DNA from: Macrostomum lignano
Lineage: Eukaryota
Length of the DNA: 64,000 bases
Assembly: GCA_002269645.1 (NCBI GenBank)
Contig: NIVC01003040.1
Span: 59,666 to 123,665 of the forward strand
Direction: 5' to 3'
The notes under the pieces are model-generated. The model was not told the origin of the DNA, did no database searches, and saw nothing but the letters and a program-made list of their open reading frames with translations. Positions 61,189 to 64,000 of the stretch are shown here, one piece after another; positions within the stretch are counted from its first letter, which is position 1; each line of letters opens with the position of its first letter. The position numbers and the translations under genes are program-made.

Positions 61189-62584
61189 GTGTCTTTGTCC
61201 GTCTGTCTGTCTTTCTGTCTGTCTTAGCGTCTGTCTATGTGATTGTGTCTGTCAGCCTGTCTGTCAGTGAGCGAACAGACTGGATTAACCGCCCTTAATT
61301 CCGCACTCCGTCCAGCTCGGAGATAATCCAGATCAGCACCGGGTCCAAGGAGCTGGACAAGCTGCTGCAGGGCGGCATCGAGACCGGCAGCATCACGGAG
61401 CTGTTCGGGGAGTTTCGCACGGGCAAATCGCAGCTCTGCCACACCCTGGCCGTCACCTGCCAGCTGCCTGTGGACATGGGTGGCGGCGAAGGAAAGTGCC
61501 TGTACGTTGACACCGAGGGCACCTTCCGGCCGGAGCGCCTGAGCCGTGGCGAGAGATTTGGCCTGAACGGAGCCGACGTGCTGGACAACGTGGCCTACGC
61601 CAGGGCGTACAGCTCCGACCACCAGATGCAGCTGCTGACTCAGGCGGCCGCCATGATGACCGAGTCGCGCTACGCCCTGCTTATTGTTGACTCGGCTACC
61701 GCGCTGTTTCGAACCGATTTTAGCGGCCGAGGCGAGCTGTCCGAAAGGCAGCGGCATCTGGCCAAGTTTCTCAGGTTCTGCTGCGGCTGGCCGACGAGTT
61801 TGGCGTGGCCGTGGTGGTCACGAACCAGGTTGGTGTGATGGGGTGTGGTGGTGATCTAAACCAGGTTGGTGTGATGGGGTGGTGGTAGTCACGAACCAGG
61901 TTGGTGTGATGGGGTGGTGGTGGTCACGAACCAGGTTGGTGTGATGGGTGGTGGTAGTCACGAACCAGGTTGGTGTGATGGGGTGGTGGTGGTCACGAAC
62001 CAAGTTGGTGTGATGGGGTGGTGGTGTCACGAACCAGGTTGGTGTGATGGGGTGGTGGTGGTCACGAAGCAGGTTGGTGTGATGGGGTGGTGGTGGTCAC
62101 GAACCACCAGGTTGGTGTGATGGGGTGGTGGTCACGAAGCAGGTTGGTGTGATGGGGTGGTGGTGGTCACGAACCAGGTTGGTGTGATGGTTGGTGGTCA
62201 CGAAGCAGGTTGGTGTGATGGGTGTTGGTGGTCACGAACCAAGTTGGTGTGATTGGGTGGTGGTCGTATACAAATGCAGGCATTTGATTCATAGTCTCTT
62301 AGAGTGTCAAAAATGGCATCTTATTTTCCTAGCGAAGTCATTAATTAATTCCCTTCGTTCCCCAATCGCACAGGTTGTGGCCCAGTGGACGGCCGCCATG
62401 TTCTCGGCCGATCCCAAGAAGCCGATTGGCGGCAACATCATGGCCCACGCCTCCACAACCAGGCTGTACCTGCGCAAGGGCCGCGGCGAGTCTCGAATCT
62501 GCAAGGTGTACGACTCGCCCTGCCTGCCCGAAGCCGAGGCACCTTCGCCATTCTTGCGAGGGCATCGGCGACGCCAAGGACTGA
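60524..62584 (+). CDS. RAD51: RAD51 recombinase; exons 60524-60838, 61316-61828, 62374-62584; several small frameshifting deletions as assembled
   Basis: '[14 protein letters not shown]...[10 protein letters not shown]', '[45 protein letters not shown]' (Walker A), '[27 protein letters not shown]', '[23 protein letters not shown]', C-terminus 'GIGDAKD*'. All four splice sites are canonical. Confidence 0.95.
60990..61265. repeat. (TCTG)n microsatellite in RAD51 intron 1
   Basis: Seen directly. Confidence 0.95.
61811..62265. repeat. 33-36-bp minisatellite spanning the RAD51 exon 2 donor site, ~13 copies
   Basis: Unit ggtggtggtcacgaaccag|gttggtgtgatggg; the first copy is the real exon/intron junction. 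Confidence 0.93.
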
Positions 62585-62837
62585 GCGAGCAACGGGCTGG
62601 TGGTCTTTGTTCGTTGCTTCCTGACTCAAGTTGATTGCCTGTTTTTCTGCTTGCTGTTCGCCACAGTTTTAACTATTTATTTTTGTCAATCAACTGCTGC
62701 TAGCGGAGGCTTAGAAAAGATATTTTAAAGAAGTTTCCAACCCAGTAACTCAAACTTTATCGACTCGACTCGATTCGAGGTTTTCCGAGGTCTGCTCGAA
62801 TCTTTGCAGTGATTTTTGAGCGCGTGCTTTAGGTCGT

Positions 62838-63140
62838 GGTGGTTTATGAGCCATTCTAGGGCGTGGGTTTATGGGCCATTCTTGGGGTGGTTTATGGGCC
62901 ATTCTTGGGTGGTTTATGGGCCATTCTTGGGGTGGGTTTATGGGCCATTCTTGGGTGGTTTATGGGCCATTCTTGGGTGGTTTATGGGCCATTCTTGGGG
63001 TGGTTTATGGGCCATTCTTGGGGTGGTTTATGGGCCATTCTTGGGGTGGTTTATGGGCCATTCTTGGGGTGGTTTATGCGGCCATTCTTCGGGGTGGTTT
63101 ATGGGCCATTCTTGGGTGGTTTATGGGCCATTCTTGGGTT
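62838..63140. repeat. ~21-24-bp minisatellite (gtggtttatgggccattcttggg), ~13 copies
   Basis: Seen directly. Confidence 0.93.
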
Positions 63141-63609
63141 TTACCATACCGCGATCAATAAATAGACTGTCAAACATAACTCGGTTGTTCCTCCCCATTT
63201 AATTAGCCAATCAAAATGCTGCATTTGTAACAGTAGTATGTTAAGCTCTTTATTCTAGTTTGAGATTTGTTCTCTACAATTTTGCCTTGCCGGCATTTTT
63301 ATATACATTTTATGCGTAACTATAGTATCATTGTTATGAGAAAGCATTTTGTTCCTTGCGTTCGCGTTCCTCGTACTTTACCAGTTCTGCTGCGCTCAAT
63401 TTTATTAATTCATTAATGTTACACCTGAAGAGAGCCTTAGTCTGTCTGCTCCTGGACTTTCTGGCTTTGCGTTAGAATTCAACAACTGGCTCAAGTAGTA
63501 TAGCGCTTTTTAAAAAATAAACGTATTTTTCGTCAGAGCGGCCCATTAATGTCTTTGTTTTTCGACAGTAGGATGCTGGAAATTGATTTCTATAGGGAAT
63601 CCTTTTTTT

Positions 63610-64000
63610 CTGTCTGAGTCTGCCTATTCTGTCTGTTTATCTGCTGTCCTTGTCGTCGTCCTGTCGTCTGTCTCTCTGTCTGTCTGTCTTCTCTGTCTGT
63701 CTGCCTGTCTGTCCGTCTGTCGTCTGTCTCTCTGTCTGTCTGTCTTCTCGTCTGTTTCTCTGTCTGTCTGTCTCTCTGCCTGTCTCTGTCTGTCTGTCTC
63801 TCTCTGTCTGCCTCTGTCTGTCTGTCTGTCTGTCTCAATCTGTGTCTGTCTGTCTGTCTGTCCGTCAGTCAGTCTGTATTATGTGTTGTCTTCTGTCTGT
63901 CTTAGTGTCTCTCTGTCTGTCTGTCTGTCTGTCTTAGTGTCTGTCTGTTCTGTCTATCTGTCTGTCTGCCTGCCTGTCTGTTAGTCAGTCTGTCTGTCTT
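63610..64000. repeat. (TCTG/TC)n low-complexity microsatellite running off the window end
   Basis: Seen directly. Confidence 0.93.

Noticed and set aside
60524-62584. DMC1 instead of RAD51
   Set aside because: The motifs '[32 protein letters not shown]' and the C-terminal 'GIGDAKD' fit RAD51.
2672-63140. Regular 18-56-bp arrays as CRISPR loci
   Set aside because: Units are head-to-tail with no unique spacers, there are no cas genes, and the context is eukaryotic.

Overview
Eukaryotic (animal) genomic DNA, not prokaryotic. GC-rich, intron-poor genes sit among many minisatellites and transposon remnants. The style and the PA-type nAChR suggest a free-living flatworm such as Macrostomum (inference only). 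Genes supported: an N-acylated globin X-like gene (-), a ZNF474-like C2HC zinc-finger exon, a CNBD2-like cNMP-binding protein, two tandem TPMT-like methyltransferases (-), UBAC1/KPC2-like, a PA-motif nAChR-family subunit with an in-frame TAG, ALDH16A1-like, QSOX and RAD51. Mobile elements: a piggyBac 3' remnant, a solo LTR nested in a MITE-like element, a mariner fold-back, a hAT MITE and an R1-like LINE fragment. The most notable observation is a rearranged ~2 kb duplicate (53066-54958) stitched from five separate pieces of the 38977-45950 ALDH16-QSOX locus. It yields an intact 393-aa QSOX-derived ORF with signal peptide, ERV/ALR oxidase and TM anchor but no thioredoxin domains. Several genes also have a 3' splice acceptor just before the ATG, compatible with SL trans-splicing. 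Single-base frameshifts in RAD51 suggest consensus indel errors, so pseudogene calls in this window are uncertain.
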